Source: Felis catus (lineage: Eukaryota). From it: a DNA stretch of 64,000 nucleotides. This document shows positions 48,556 through 60,971 of this stretch, piece after piece (positions within the stretch are counted from its first letter, which is position 1; each line of letters begins with the position of its first letter). The notes beneath the pieces are model-generated. The model was given only the letters and a program-made list of their open reading frames with translations, did not search any database and was not told the DNA's origin. The position numbers were made by a program, and so were the translations under genes. The DNA is taken from contig NC_058368.1 of assembly GCF_018350175.1 (NCBI RefSeq), positions 106,890,001-106,954,000 on the forward strand, read 5' to 3'.

Positions 48556-49189
48556 ATGCCACGTTTAAAGCTGAGAGTTCATTTGATAAGGAAATGCAGT
48601 TATTTCCATGGCATACAATAATTTAGAATAATAATTGGACAGTGAGAGTACTAACAAATTTTTAGAAACTTCACACAATTTCTGGAATACCTATATCAGT
48701 AACATATAACCATACACATGTGCCCTAATAAGGTTTATTATCACTTCTTGCTTGGTAATGCTTCCCATGGCATTTAACATACCAAGTAAACCAGAATAGT
48801 TTAATATTTCTCCTTTACAAGATGGAGACAAATTCTTTGAGATTTTTTTTTTTCAGGGACCTTCTGGGAAATCTCCAAGTTACTTTGAAGTCAAATAGAC
48901 TCCATTTAGAATTTGATTTTGGGAAGTTGTTAAAACATCAAAAGTTTTAAATATCTGACTAAATAGGATCACACAAAGTTATGTAATAAGAACTATTTAA
49001 CCAAAGTGACAATAGAAGATTTTAAAGGCAAATACAAAAGTTTACATAGTTTTGGGCAAAACTTAGCTCTTAATCTTGAGAAGAGTAGATTTTCTTAAGT
49101 AATGAGAAACCTGATAAAGATAACGTGAGGCACAAGAAATAATTTTAAGACACAAGATCTTGGTTTTCTAGGGAGGTTAAATGGTTAAA

Positions 49190-49203
49190 ACACACGCACA
49201 AAC

Positions 49204-49242
<39 letters not shown>
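49190..49242. repeat. (CA)n microsatellite
   Basis: Directly visible. Confidence 0.95.
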
Positions 49243-49245
<3 letters not shown>

Positions 49246-49294
49246 TCCACAATCTCTTATCAAGAGCAGATCAATAGTCCAAGAGCATTTTGTT

Positions 49295-49503
49295 CTTTTA
49301 AAAAATTATTTATTTATTAGAGAGAGAGAGAGGGAGAGAGATAGAGGAGGATGAGAGGCAGAGGGAGAGAGGAGATAGAAACCCAAGCAGGCTTTGTACT
49401 GTCAGCACAGAGCCCAATGTGGGGCTGTATCCTATGAACCATGAAATCATGACCTGAGCTGAAATCAGGAGTCAGACACTTAACCAACTGGGCCACCCAG
49501 GTG
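49295..49503 (-). mobile_element. Can-SINE
   Basis: Reverse SINE with gcattttgt flanks. Confidence 0.9.
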
Positions 49504-51375
49504 CATTTTGTCCTTCTAACACAGAAAAAAAAAAAGACAACAGATTCTAATTTTGCACCAGTGTAGTTTTGATATTAAGACACGTTCTTTTAAAATTTAA
49601 ATATCTTAACCAGCTTGACCACACATAACATTCCTTACCCAAGATTCTTTTTCTGCAACACTCTTATCCATTCTTGCTTTTCTTCCTTCTCACTCTGGAA
49701 CGACCATTTTACTTTAAGTCACAGTTACTCTCTTTTTTACACCTTAACAACAACAAAAATAAAACATTTCCTTCATAGTTTTCCTTTTCTGAATACACAT
49801 TCAACTTTTTTCGAACATATTTTTCATGTACAGGTGTTTTATTTTGGCCTTAGCTCTCCTAGTAGTTCGAATTGCATATATTGATTAGAATTCTTAGAAA
49901 CATTCATTCCTAGTGAAATTATTTAGCAGTAAGCAGCTTTTGAGCCTGTTGCAATAGTATTCTATAGTGTGGTAAGTTTATGAACACATCCAACCATATC
50001 ATCAATTTTCTTCTTTATATTAGGTAGAAGATCTTCAACTAAGATAGAAATCAAAGATTCTTATGTCTTAGATTTTGAGCTGTGTGTCTTGAGAATGTTT
50101 TAGTAAATCCTTCCATAAACAGCTTCAGAGAATTTTTCTTTCCCTCTGGGTATATAGTTTCATTTTCACTTAGGGGAGAAGGCCTGAAAAAAAGTTCCTA
50201 TCAGGCTCTAAATAGCAGCCTCCAATGTGGCCAACTTCTGACCACAGAGCGACTTAAAAAAAAATTCTTTTGAATATGTTGTCCATTTTCAGCCTGGACA
50301 AACAATAATTATTCCTGGAGGCAATGGAAAATCCCGTGGTGTCCCCACAGAGGGTGCAGAAGATACTGCCTTCTCAAGATCAAGAGCCATTCCAAAAAAT
50401 AGCCAGAAGAAACAGAGACTTAGACAATTCCCCTGAGGTCTAACAACAGTCAGTAGGGCCCTAGCAGCAAATGGCGGGCAACTCACAGTTCTGTTCAGCC
50501 ATATTTTAGAGCCCCCAACCTGAAGATTCACCTGCCTGTGCATATAAGAACCTACACGTCCCAGGCAGGCAGAAAGGCAAGCTAGGCTCTCAGCACACAC
50601 CACTAGACAAATAAAAAGGCACTAACTGTTTCTGGGAAAGGATCAATAACCAATTGGTACCCATAAGCAAATCCATGAGTCACAGTTCAAAGGTCTAATT
50701 CTTACAAATGTTTTTCCTGACAATTTGAATTTGGAAAGGAACGATTTTATCTTCCTTTCTCCACTGTGTACCATAGAGGGAAATCTGGGAGAGCTGACTT
50801 CAGTAAGGATTCTTACTTTTTGCTGATTTCTGTCAGTTTTCACCAGATCCTATCTGCAGGCTCTGGAATGAGTGGGGTGTCCCAGTGGATCTCATCTTGG
50901 TCACCAGAAACTGTAGAGGAAGAAAGATTATTTCTCCTCCACCCTTTATGGTGAGTACTTGGGCAAGACTCCTTTTTCTCAAGAGTATCTCAAAAATGGA
51001 TACATTTATCAGGTTAAAATTTCTCCACTGGGGCCACTGTAATTCCACTTTAGCGTTGGTAAGATTAACCTAGCTGTTCAGCATTAAAACAAAAGTTTAT
51101 TTACCCAAGGCTTTATACTGGACCCAGTCCAACTCAGAACCCAGTCCAAATATGGCGGGTTTCAGACTTAGTTCAGAAAAGGAAATGCTCAAATGAAGGC
51201 TGAAAGCTCTTAACACAAATGCCACGGAACTAGGATCTAAGAGGGACATACCCAGGACCTTCCAAGGCAAGGAGAAAGCAGCAAGCTTAAGGGGCTCAAC
51301 AGGTACCTGTGTCTGCTTGCTCTTTACTCCTGGGGGTGTCTGTGATCTCTTTTGGTTTCCTCTTCTGGTGCTAGA

Positions 51376-51709
51376 CCTCTTCAAGATAAAGTGGGGCATA
51401 TTAAAATTTTTAAGAGTGTTTTTGGGAAAATATCAATTTGAACCTTACACTGCCAAACCAGAAGTGCTTAGGGGCACTCTGTGAACAGGCACCAGGGGAA
51501 ATATTCCTGCAGAGAAAGCACAGAAACAAAGAAAGGAAATAATCGATTGCCTGTAGCTTAAAGTCTAGTTGGCTTTTTGGTTTGGTTGTCATTAACGTTT
51601 TGATTTTGCAGCCTTAAAGCATTTTCAGACTTAGATTTTGGTTTGCTTACGTAGGCCACCATGGCATGAGAACCCCTTCTTTCTAATGGCCTCCTTGTTT
51701 AATTGAACA
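51376..51709 (-). mobile_element. Class I ERV 5' LTR (MER4-group, MER67-like)
   Basis: Reverse complement starts TGTTCAATTAAACAAGGAGGCCATTAG...CCTACGTAAGCAAACC and is followed by a degenerate PBS-like junction. Confidence 0.7.
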
Positions 51710-51868
51710 GCTCAAAGAAAGTATTACAAAAGAACAAATAAATACAAGTAAACTAAAATAACAGTTCAAAAGAAAAAAGGTCATACCTGGTTGAGGATGA
51801 TCAGAGGTTTCATGGAAGAAGTGATCTCTGAAATATGTCTGAAAGAACCGGTAAAATTTTAGCAGGCA

Positions 51869-52047
51869 GGGGATGCTTGGGTGGCTCAGCGGGTTAAGCG
51901 TCCAACTCTTGAATTTGGCTCAGGTCATGAGCTCTTGGTTTGTGGGACGGAGCCCCACATTGGGCTCTGTGCTGACAGCAAGCAGTCTGCTTGGGATTCT
52001 CCCTCTCCCTCTCTGCCCCTGCCCTGCTCACTTGCACATGCATGCAT

Positions 52048-52123
<76 letters not shown>

Positions 52124-52145
52124 AAAATAAATAAATATTTTTTAA
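51869..52145 (+). mobile_element. Can-SINE with (CA)n(CT)n expansion
   Basis: TSD-like tttagcaggcag on both sides. Confidence 0.92.
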
Positions 52146-52484
52146 AAAAATTTAGCAGGCAGAGGTAAATGGAAGGAGGCAATCGGTCCATAAAAGCAAG
52201 TCAGACCAAACTATTTGTACTATATGCCATGGAGGTTGGCAGCTGCCGTAGGTGTTGAACAGGTGAATGTTGATTTTCTTTTGACATTTACTTGGCTTAA
52301 GAAACTAACTGAAAATGGATCTATGCTATAAAAAATTAATAACTCAAGCAAAAGTGAAATTCTGGCTTTGCTTTACTTACAGAGTGATCTCTGTCGGTTT
52401 CTTGAGTTCTCAGCCTCACAGAACCAGCCAGTTCTGTCCATTTTATCTTTCCCTGCCAAAAATCAACCAGCAGAGACAATAGGT

Positions 52485-52600
52485 CAGAAGTCGGGAGGCT
52501 AGAATTCAGCCTCAATTAGTTACTACCGGTGTGACCTTGGGAAAGTCTCCCACTCAGCTGGAACTTCTTCATCCATTAAAAAATAATGAATCATTTCAGG
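52485..52600 (+). mobile_element. MIR
   Basis: ttactaccggtgtgaccttgggaaagtc...cttcatccattaaaa. Confidence 0.6.
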
Positions 52601-53619
52601 CCTTCTACACAACACTGGAATGATCACATGAGTGAACATTCTGCAGGAATTCTTTGTAAGCAGTGAAGTGTTCTGCCAAAGAAAGACAGCTTTATTCTAC
52701 CATTTTCCATTGCCCCCCACCCCCTCTGCAGCATAATTATGGCAAATGTGAAAGTGTATAAGGATGTGGTGGCATACCATTGTATTTTATGACTCAGCAT
52801 TTTCACGTGTTACCATGTGCAATGACTGTTGGTAAGGATATATGTCCCTAGACTATCTGGAATCCAAAGTGACACTATGCTTTTGTGCTATTGCAGGTGG
52901 GGATCATTTTCTATTTGCTGGGAGAGCTTTTAACTAGGTTAAACAATTTGAAGCCAGATAGGATATTGAGAATTATGCAGCCACTCTAAGCCCGAAAAGA
53001 AATGTAGCGTAAGTACTGTGATATAAGCAAGACTTTGGGTGTGCAGCTAACTATGATGGAAAAAGTCATTTTGTGCCCCAAGCAAAAAGAGAATTATGAA
53101 AGTAATGTGCCATCAGAAAAAATGGGATGGTTTCCACAGAAGAAAAAACTGAACCACAAATATAGTGTAAGTCCATAGTTGGTCTAAGCAGTGAGACATC
53201 TCTCTTGATAGTGAGAATTTGGAGATGATACAGAATTTAACAGGTTAAAATGTTAAGTTACAAAAGAACTGTTTGGGAGAACTGAGTTAACTCAGGACAT
53301 ATTAAACCTCTGTCCTCCTATTTCTGATGGCCTTTCTGAGGGTTTCCACATCCTAAATAGACCAGCTGAAATGAGATTAACTGAGGATAGTATATAGTTC
53401 TGGCCCTAAGAAAAACTGAGAAATTTACTAAGCCTTTTTTTTCAATAGTTACTTCTCTCCTTCTAAAACCTACCATGAAATTCTTTTCATTGCCCTTGAT
53501 GCTTTTTAGACATCTACTTCCTTTCTTTTCTCTTGTCTACCACCCCCCCACCGACTTGTATATCTATTTTATATTATGTATGGTCACTTACGCCATCCTA
53601 CATATTCCATTTCCATTTT

Positions 53620-53819
53620 TTTAATGTTTGTTTATTTTTGAGAGAGAGAGATAGGGGGGGGGGGAGGGACAGAGAGAGAAGGAGACACAGAATCCAAAGC
53701 AGGCTCCAGGTTCTGAGCTGTCAGCACAGAACCCGACGCAGGGCTCGAACTCACGAACCATGAGATCATGACCTGAGTTGAAGTCGGACGCTTAACTGAC
53801 TGAGCCAGCCAGGTGCGCC
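53620..53819 (-). mobile_element. Can-SINE
   Basis: TSD tccatttccatttt. Confidence 0.93.
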
Positions 53820-54124
53820 TCCATTTCCATTTTAAATCCTGTCTAGGCTTCAGAGTTTACCTACACTGGGTTGCAATCCCTCTGGAATATTCCTTCTACT
53901 CATATGGTGATGATTGATAACAAATTTGTTGACGTGCCCTTCAGCTCAAGAAATATATTTCTATTTTAAGCTGGACTTCTGAAAACATATATTAATACAG
54001 TGGCACTTCAAGAGTAAGAATTTGACTGTAGAAAACCAACAAAAGGGGATTTTGCAGTAAGCCTTACAGAGGGTGTTTAGTTTTTAGTTTAGCGATTTAA
54101 AGCTAAACTGGATGATATCTGATA

Positions 54125-54472
54125 AAACACACTTTAAATAAAAAACAACATACATATAGGTTAAAAGTAAAAGAATTGACAAAGCTGTGCCATGTGAACA
54201 GTAACCACACAGATAGCTAGAATAGGCATATAATATCAGACAAAATAGAGGTCAGAGAAAGGAATATCACTGAGGACAAAGAGGGACATTTTGTAATGAC
54301 AGAGTAGTCAATTTCAAAAAAAAAATATCACAATCAAATAAGTATGCACCTCATAATAAATCTTCAAAGTACACGGAGCAAAAATGATCGAATTTAAAGG
54401 AGAAATAGACATCTCCACATTTGTAGCTGAGTTCAGTACTCCTCCCTCAGAAACTGACAGAACAATGAGATA
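54125..54472 (+). mobile_element. Old L1 ORF2 endonuclease fragment
   Basis: taatatcagacaaaatagag...gacaaagagggacattttgtaatga...ttaaaggagaaatagaca. Confidence 0.8.
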
Positions 54473-54479
54473 GTAAAAG

Positions 54480-54960
54480 GGCTGCCCTGAGCCCCTCCTT
54501 CCCCTGATCCTCCTTTAGTCACCCTGATTCTTGAGCCAGGTGTGTGTCAGATTCTGTGATGATGGACAGTGGCAATAGCCTCTCTTGTTCTACATCCATA
54601 CCATCCAGTTCACAGGTGTGTTTCAGTCTATCCTTTTAGGTTCCAGCTCTTATTTGGGGTCACAGCTTGTCTTTGCTCTCTTCCCTACATTACATCATCT
54701 TTCCTTCCTGACTGCCTGTCCTGCAGACTGGCTCCAGCATTAAATGCAAAGACAGTAGCCTTACAGACACTGACTCACAAACTCCCATGGTTGTCTAAAG
54801 GTCACATCTGTATAGCAAATCTTGTACCCAATCTAGATCTGTATTTATGTACCTCTATCTCTATATAGCTGCATCTGTATCTATGGCCATAGTTACATCT
54901 ACTTCATACATATAAGCTGCAAATCCTAATTGATTATGGTATAGAAGGCTGATTGGTATG
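54480..54960 (+). mobile_element. LTR33-like ERVL LTR (3' part)
   Basis: ttcctgactgcctgtcctgcagact..ctccagcatt...agccttacagacactg. Confidence 0.6.
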
Positions 54961-56098
54961 AAATTTGGTACCGAGAGTGATTCCAGAGGAATAGAATCTT
55001 TAGGATTAGTTCTCTGAAATGGTTTTGAGTTTTCTGGACTGGATCCTCTGGTCAGATTAGACTTATAGGCCTTAATGACCTCATTTCCAAGGGAAAAAGT
55101 ATCTTGGCCATGCATGGCACACAATTTCACAATGATTACTTAAATTATCACCTACAGATAACTGTAAACATGTGCCTATAGAAGCCAATTGCTCTGGGAG
55201 GCCTAGTAATTGCTGCCATAGAACATTCTAGTGAAAAATAAGGAGTATAATGGGGTTGGTTGGCTGTTAGGCTGCAGAAATAAGGGAAGGGAAAATAATG
55301 AGCTCAGGGCTTTAAATTCCAAGTTTAAGATCTGCCTAAGGGACTGAAAGCTTCAATAATTGTCCTAAAGGAAACTCTTAACTGTTATAGCCATAAGGAA
55401 GATATTTCTCAAAATCAAACCCAGTGCCTTATCCTGGGGATGCCTGAATTACAAATGCAGATTGAGTTCTGAATTCTAGAGGATCTCTGTTGTTAAAGTT
55501 AGATCATTGCTATAGTTGGAGTAGCACCTGAATAGTTGAAAAGGGATCATATAGGCATATTCCAGTGAAGCTTGGTACTTGGAACCTCAAAATTCTGCCA
55601 AGCCTTCTTTGTCTATAGAAGAAGACTTTGAACCTCTGCCTAATGAGGTTAGTCTTCTCTTGGCTGAAGAACCTGTACCTGCTTCTCTGGAGGTAGTTAT
55701 CTGGCAAGGTACAACTGATATTCCTCAGGAACTACTCTCACTATCTCTATTTGCTTACAGACCTATAACTAAACTCAGGACTCAGTAAGCCTCAAAGGAT
55801 GAAACACAAAGTATGATCCATGAGGAGATCTGATATACACAGTATAACGACTTTTCCAGAACGCTGGGAAATATATGTAGGAATAGATTTTTAAAGTATA
55901 GGATCAAGACAGAAGCAATATAAATTTACATCAGCATAGGGATGCCAGGGTGGCTCAGTCATTTAAGTGTCTGACTTCAGCTCAGGTCATGATCTCGTGG
56001 TTTGTGGGTTCAAGACCCATGTCAGACTCTGTGCTGACAGCTCAGAGCCTGGAGCATGCTTTGGAGTCTGTGTCTCCCCTTCTCTCTGCCCCTCCCTT

Positions 56099-56130
<32 letters not shown>

Positions 56131-56370
56131 AAAAATAAAATGAACATTATATTTTTAAAATTATATCAGGATAAATATAATGATAGGGCTCACTCATCAG
56201 AGATTCTGTATTCAAAGCTAAAGGGCTAGAAATGACTTTAACAGTTTTCTTGGTTAGCTATCCAAAATGTGGACTCAAAGGTGGCGTATGCTAAATTAAG
56301 TTGAAGTGCCAGGTTTTGGGTATACTACAGAGTCAGTTATCCAAACATTAGGGTAATTGAACTATTTCAC
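54961..56370 (+). mobile_element. ERVL internal region (leader and gag remnant), interrupted by a SINE
   Basis: aatttggtaccgagagtgattccagaggaatagaat start; ggagtataatggggttggttggctg; agacctataactaaactcagg. Confidence 0.78.
55939..56155 (+). mobile_element. Can-SINE nested in ERVL gag
   Basis: SINE head and tail; atcag flanks. Confidence 0.9.
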
Positions 56371-56445
56371 ATATATTTAGTGATTGCTTAACGTATGTAT
56401 TCTCTGCACAGTATCTAACGTTTATAGCTATTAGTTTGAGCTTAT

Positions 56446-56463
56446 TTTTTAATGTTTACTTAT

Positions 56464-56509
<46 letters not shown>

Positions 56510-56667
56510 GGAGGGACAGAGAGAGAAGAGAAAGAGAATCCCAAGGAGGCTCTGCACATCAGTGCAGAGCTCAATGCGAGGCTCAAACCCGTGAAAAGTG
56601 AGATCATGACCTGAGCTAAAACCAAGAGTTGGATGTTTTAACCTGGATTGAGTCACCCAGGCACCCT
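56446..56667 (-). mobile_element. Can-SINE
   Basis: TSD ttagtttgagcttatt. Confidence 0.92.
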
Positions 56668-57349
56668 TAGTTTGAGCTTATTAATTACATTATTTAACTT
56701 TGATATTTGTGATGGTTTGTTTCCTGTACCTATCTGCTTGCGAGAAGCATGTACTAGAACTCTCTAACCACAATGGCTTGTCTCTTTCTCCTGATTCTAT
56801 CAGCTTACTTTTTTTATGAAAATAATTCTCTAATGATAAAAAAAGTTATATACTTCTTTCTTTAAGTTTGTAACTTGGCCCTTTCCTTTGGGCTCTCCCC
56901 AAATAAAACTCTCTTTGCAAAGGAACATTAATAAATAATGGTGATTTTATTAAACCAAACACAGGTCACATGGAAAGGGATTGTATTTCTCAGTGTATAA
57001 TATTCATTTCCAAATTTTTCATTATATATTCCTCTCCCAAGTTTCCCTTCTTGACCTCCCATACATCAGGCGTCCCCTTTCCCTTCTCTCTGCTCTGCCT
57101 CCATCCTTTGTTACCACAGCCCTCTCCACTCAATACCACTAAAACCACCACTATTCTCTCTTGATTTATTATATATAGTAATTTAGCTCTATCCCAGATT
57201 CTTACTGCAAACCATATGACTTAACCCACTACTTCATATAAATTCTGTCTATCTAAAGCCATTTTGATGAGGGGACACATATTGATTATGCTCAGAAAGT
57301 GAAAGATTCCCCAGCACCTCCCTTAGGAGGCATTTTGGCTTACACATTT

Positions 57350-57555
57350 AAAAAAAATTTAACATTTTTATTTATTTTTGAGAGACAGAAAGAAACAGAG
57401 CACAAGCAGAGGAGGCGCAGAGAGAGAGGGAGACACAGAAACCGAAGCAGGCTCCAGGGTCAGAACAGAGCCCAACGTGGGGCTCAAACCCACAAACCGT
57501 GAGATCATGACCTGAGCCAAAGTCAGACTCTTAACCAACTGAACCACCCAGGCCT
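57350..57555 (-). mobile_element. Can-SINE
   Basis: Reverse SINE with ggcttaca flanks. Confidence 0.9.
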
Positions 57556-58789
57556 GGGCTTACATATTTAATACTGTAATGCTTTTCAGTTCAAAATAAG
57601 ACATTTTTTTATATGCAGAGAAGAGAGAGACAAAATTGTATTTTTTTTTTCTGGTTATCTAAAGAGTAACAACCTGAATGAGTGGACTGGATCTGTGTTT
57701 TTATTTTAGGTTTTCATCAATTTCCATGATGTTTAAGCATCCCTTGTAGGCAGCCACTGTGACAACTACTGGGTTGACCCATCATTTAATCCAGTTCTGA
57801 TCCAAGATCATGACAAGAGAAAGTACTGAAATTTCTTGAAAAATCAATGAATTTTAATGGCCTTTTACCTCATTGAATGATTACGTTGACAATGCTTCCT
57901 GTCCACATGTAGCTATATACAGAGAACTATCCCATTTTAACATAAATCATATAATGTTTTAGATGAAAGGATATTAGTCTAAGGTCAAAATTAATAGTTA
58001 CAATTGTCTAAGGCCAACTAGCTCATGAGGGCAAAAACACGTAACTTTAAATTACATCATTCATCGTTACCTCCATTTCAAGTTTACACATCTTTTCTGA
58101 TGTCAGAAAATAAAAACTTAGCTGATCCTAGGTTACGCCGGTCTTAAGCAGCACTAGCATTCTGTGAGTACATATTTTCAGACTACAAACACATTTCAAG
58201 TACAGAGTTGACAAGTTGCATTTCTAACCGTCCCCACACAGCCTGAAGAGGCTGACATTACATAATTCATATTAAAGTGCTTTGAAAAGTTAAATGTACC
58301 ATATAAGTAGACCTTGGTGTGCAGCAATATGATGTCCAGCAATTTTCTTTTATAGCCTTTGGCCAATTATATCTGTGTTATCAATTGACTGTACTCATTG
58401 CCAGCAGAGAGCACAGAAATGAACCTCAATCTGCTACTCTCCTTAATGTACTCTGGGTACTAGACCCACATTCATCTGACCTCTCACATGTTCCCATAAT
58501 CCTCTACTTTTCCTCCTCTGTGGGGCCAGGCAAGTGAAGCAGGGAATACAAGAGAGGTTTGGGGCCAATGATGACTGTCCCTGCCCCTGTGTAAAGATAA
58601 TGGTTGTTATCCATTGTTGTGGTTTTCATGGTTTAACACTCTTTCAAGGCGTTTCAAATGAGGTGATTCCAAAAGATATTTTTGCTAGTAGTAAAATTAT
58701 GTATATGTATGTATGTCTTCCCAAACATCTGCTTTGTAGAGTTATACATTGCCATTGCTCATATTCATGATTTAATAAGAGAGAGCTTG

Positions 58790-59000
58790 GTCTTGGGAGC
58801 TGAACAGGGTAGAAATAAATCCACACTTGACTCATATTGTATTCATAGCCTTGGACAAGTTGCTTAGCTTCAATTGTTTCTCTTTTCAAGATGTTAATTA
58901 GAAAAAAAAAAAAACTTACCCAACAGAGAGGATGTGAGGATTAGAGATTAGTGTTAATACATGTCCCAGGCTTGGAGTGCTTAGCACACAGTGGATCCTA
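58790..59000 (+). mobile_element. MIR
   Basis: gccttggacaagttgcttagcttc...gatgtgaggattaga...gtgcttagcacacagt. Confidence 0.65.
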
Positions 59001-59191
59001 GGTCCTTGGTCACTGATACATATCACTGGGGCTGCCCCTGGGTATGGAGATCCCTGGCCACATATTTGTATGGGGCTTTTCAATAGAAACAATTTGATTT
59101 AAAGACATTATTGTAACATATATTGAAACAGGTAGGGTTTATTGGCTTATTGATGAATATTTAATGCGAAGAAAAAAGGTACTTACATATT

Positions 59192-59382
59192 TATTTTTTT
59201 AAGTTTATTTATTTTGAAAGAGAGAGCATGGGGGAGGGGCAGAGAGAGAGAGAGAATCCCAAACAGGCTTCGCACCGTCAGCACTGAGCTCAACATGGGG
59301 CTCGAAGTCACAAATGGTGACATCATGACCTGAGCCAAAATTAATAGTTGGACATTTCATCAACTGAGCCACCCAGGTGCCC
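59192..59382 (-). mobile_element. Can-SINE
   Basis: TSD acttacatat. Confidence 0.9.
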
Positions 59383-60759
59383 CACTTACATATGAGTTTA
59401 TTGTCCAGCCAGTGCACATAAATATTCTTTGTGGTGTTCAGATACCATTTTTTCCTGTTTGGGTAGAAGAACCACTTGTTGTGACCTTTACTGTCACATG
59501 CACCATCTTAATTTCATATCTCCCACTGTGAGAATAAAGGTGGCAACAGTGTTATTATAGACAATGCTGTGCTCTTCAGAACTTGTGTTTGTATTTTGTA
59601 TTGAAGCATAGACTTCCTTGCCTCTGTAATTCCCTAATACCATTCATTTACTGCTGGTTCCATCATTACTCATGACAGTGTATCATCCTTAATAGGGCCC
59701 ATGATCACTGACTTTCAATGATCCTCTCAAAGGCTGTTACTGACCTTCACTGATAATGACCACAAATGCATATGCACCCAGATTATGCAGGGAAATGAGA
59801 CCAATAATTTATTTCCTGGTCATATTAAATTCATCATTTCAAATTTTATTGCATACAGTGTAGAAGAATGTATCTTCTATGTCACTCTAGGTCACACACG
59901 ATCACAGCTTTCCTAAAATGTAATCTTTTTCATCTTTGGCCACACTGCTCCCTTCCACATGTTGCCACCAGTGAGAAGGATAAGGGAGGTATTCGCGGAC
60001 AGAGTGAACAGAATATCAGTCACCACCATGGTTTAGGAATTCTTAGTTGCTTAGATCTGAAGCATGAGAAGACTTTCATCAGAAGGACCAATGGTGTTTT
60101 AGCAGCAGTCCTGAAAGCCCTCAAGGCCTCTGAAGAGATAGGGGTAGCCCTGCAAGAAAGACTACTCACTCAGGGTGGTGAGCTTGCAAGCAGAGTTGGT
60201 ACAAACATCCTGGGTGCCAGTGGAGCCCCCTCTACACAGGGTAAAGAATAACCACAATATCCTGCTGTATATTAAAGAAGTACCTGTATGATGGTTGGAA
60301 TGCACATGGGTAGGTGCCAATCAATAGGCTCATACACATGGACCATGATTTGGCAGTGGGCCTTCAGTATCCCAAAGCCATGCACTTATCCCACACCCAG
60401 TGTGAATGAGTGTCAGCCACAGTCAGCATGTCAACACCATTCTGGAGGTGTGAATTTGCACCATTTCACAAAACACTTACCATATTGGCAGTAGGAGTGA
60501 TATGCTCACCAAGCTGCCCACTTGGTACTGGGACCTGGCCACTGGCTCATGGGATGATGCAATAGGCAGAATCCTCAAGCTTTTTGGCACATCCAATCAA
60601 CCTCACATGATTGGGAGGACTATAGGGTCAGAGAGCTCCCCAAAGGAAAAAATGGGGACTTGGATCCACTAGGTCCTCAGCTGGGCATAGAGCTTCAGCC
60701 TAGATGACATTGCTGGCACAGTCTGGTTTCAGGTACCAGAAGGGGACTCATAAATTTAA

Positions 60760-60971
60760 AAAAATATATTTTTTTTAATCTTTATTTTTGAGAGAGAGAT
60801 AGCATGTGAGCAGGGGAAGAGCAGAGAGAGAGGGAGATACAGAATCCGAAGCAGGCTCCAGGCTCCGAGCTGTCATCACAGAGCCTGAAGTGGGGCTCGA
60901 ACCCACGAACTGTGAGATCATGACCTGAGCCGAAGTCGGACACTTAACCGACTGAGCCACCCAGGTGCCCT
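60760..60971 (-). mobile_element. Can-SINE
   Basis: Reverse SINE with ataaattt flanks. Confidence 0.92.

Larger units (their letters stand above)
41765..51375 (-). mobile_element. Decayed class I (MER4-group-like) ERV internal region, split by L1 and SINE insertions
   Basis: env TM remnant (about 42090-42305), integrase C-terminus (about 45950-46100), long AT-rich non-coding internal sequence, and a leader next to the LTR. Confidence 0.75.

Noticed and set aside
12100..54960. The two LTR33-like LTRs as ends of one provirus or a large inversion
   Set aside because: They are in opposite orientations and each is followed by its own gag-like sequence, so they are independent insertions.
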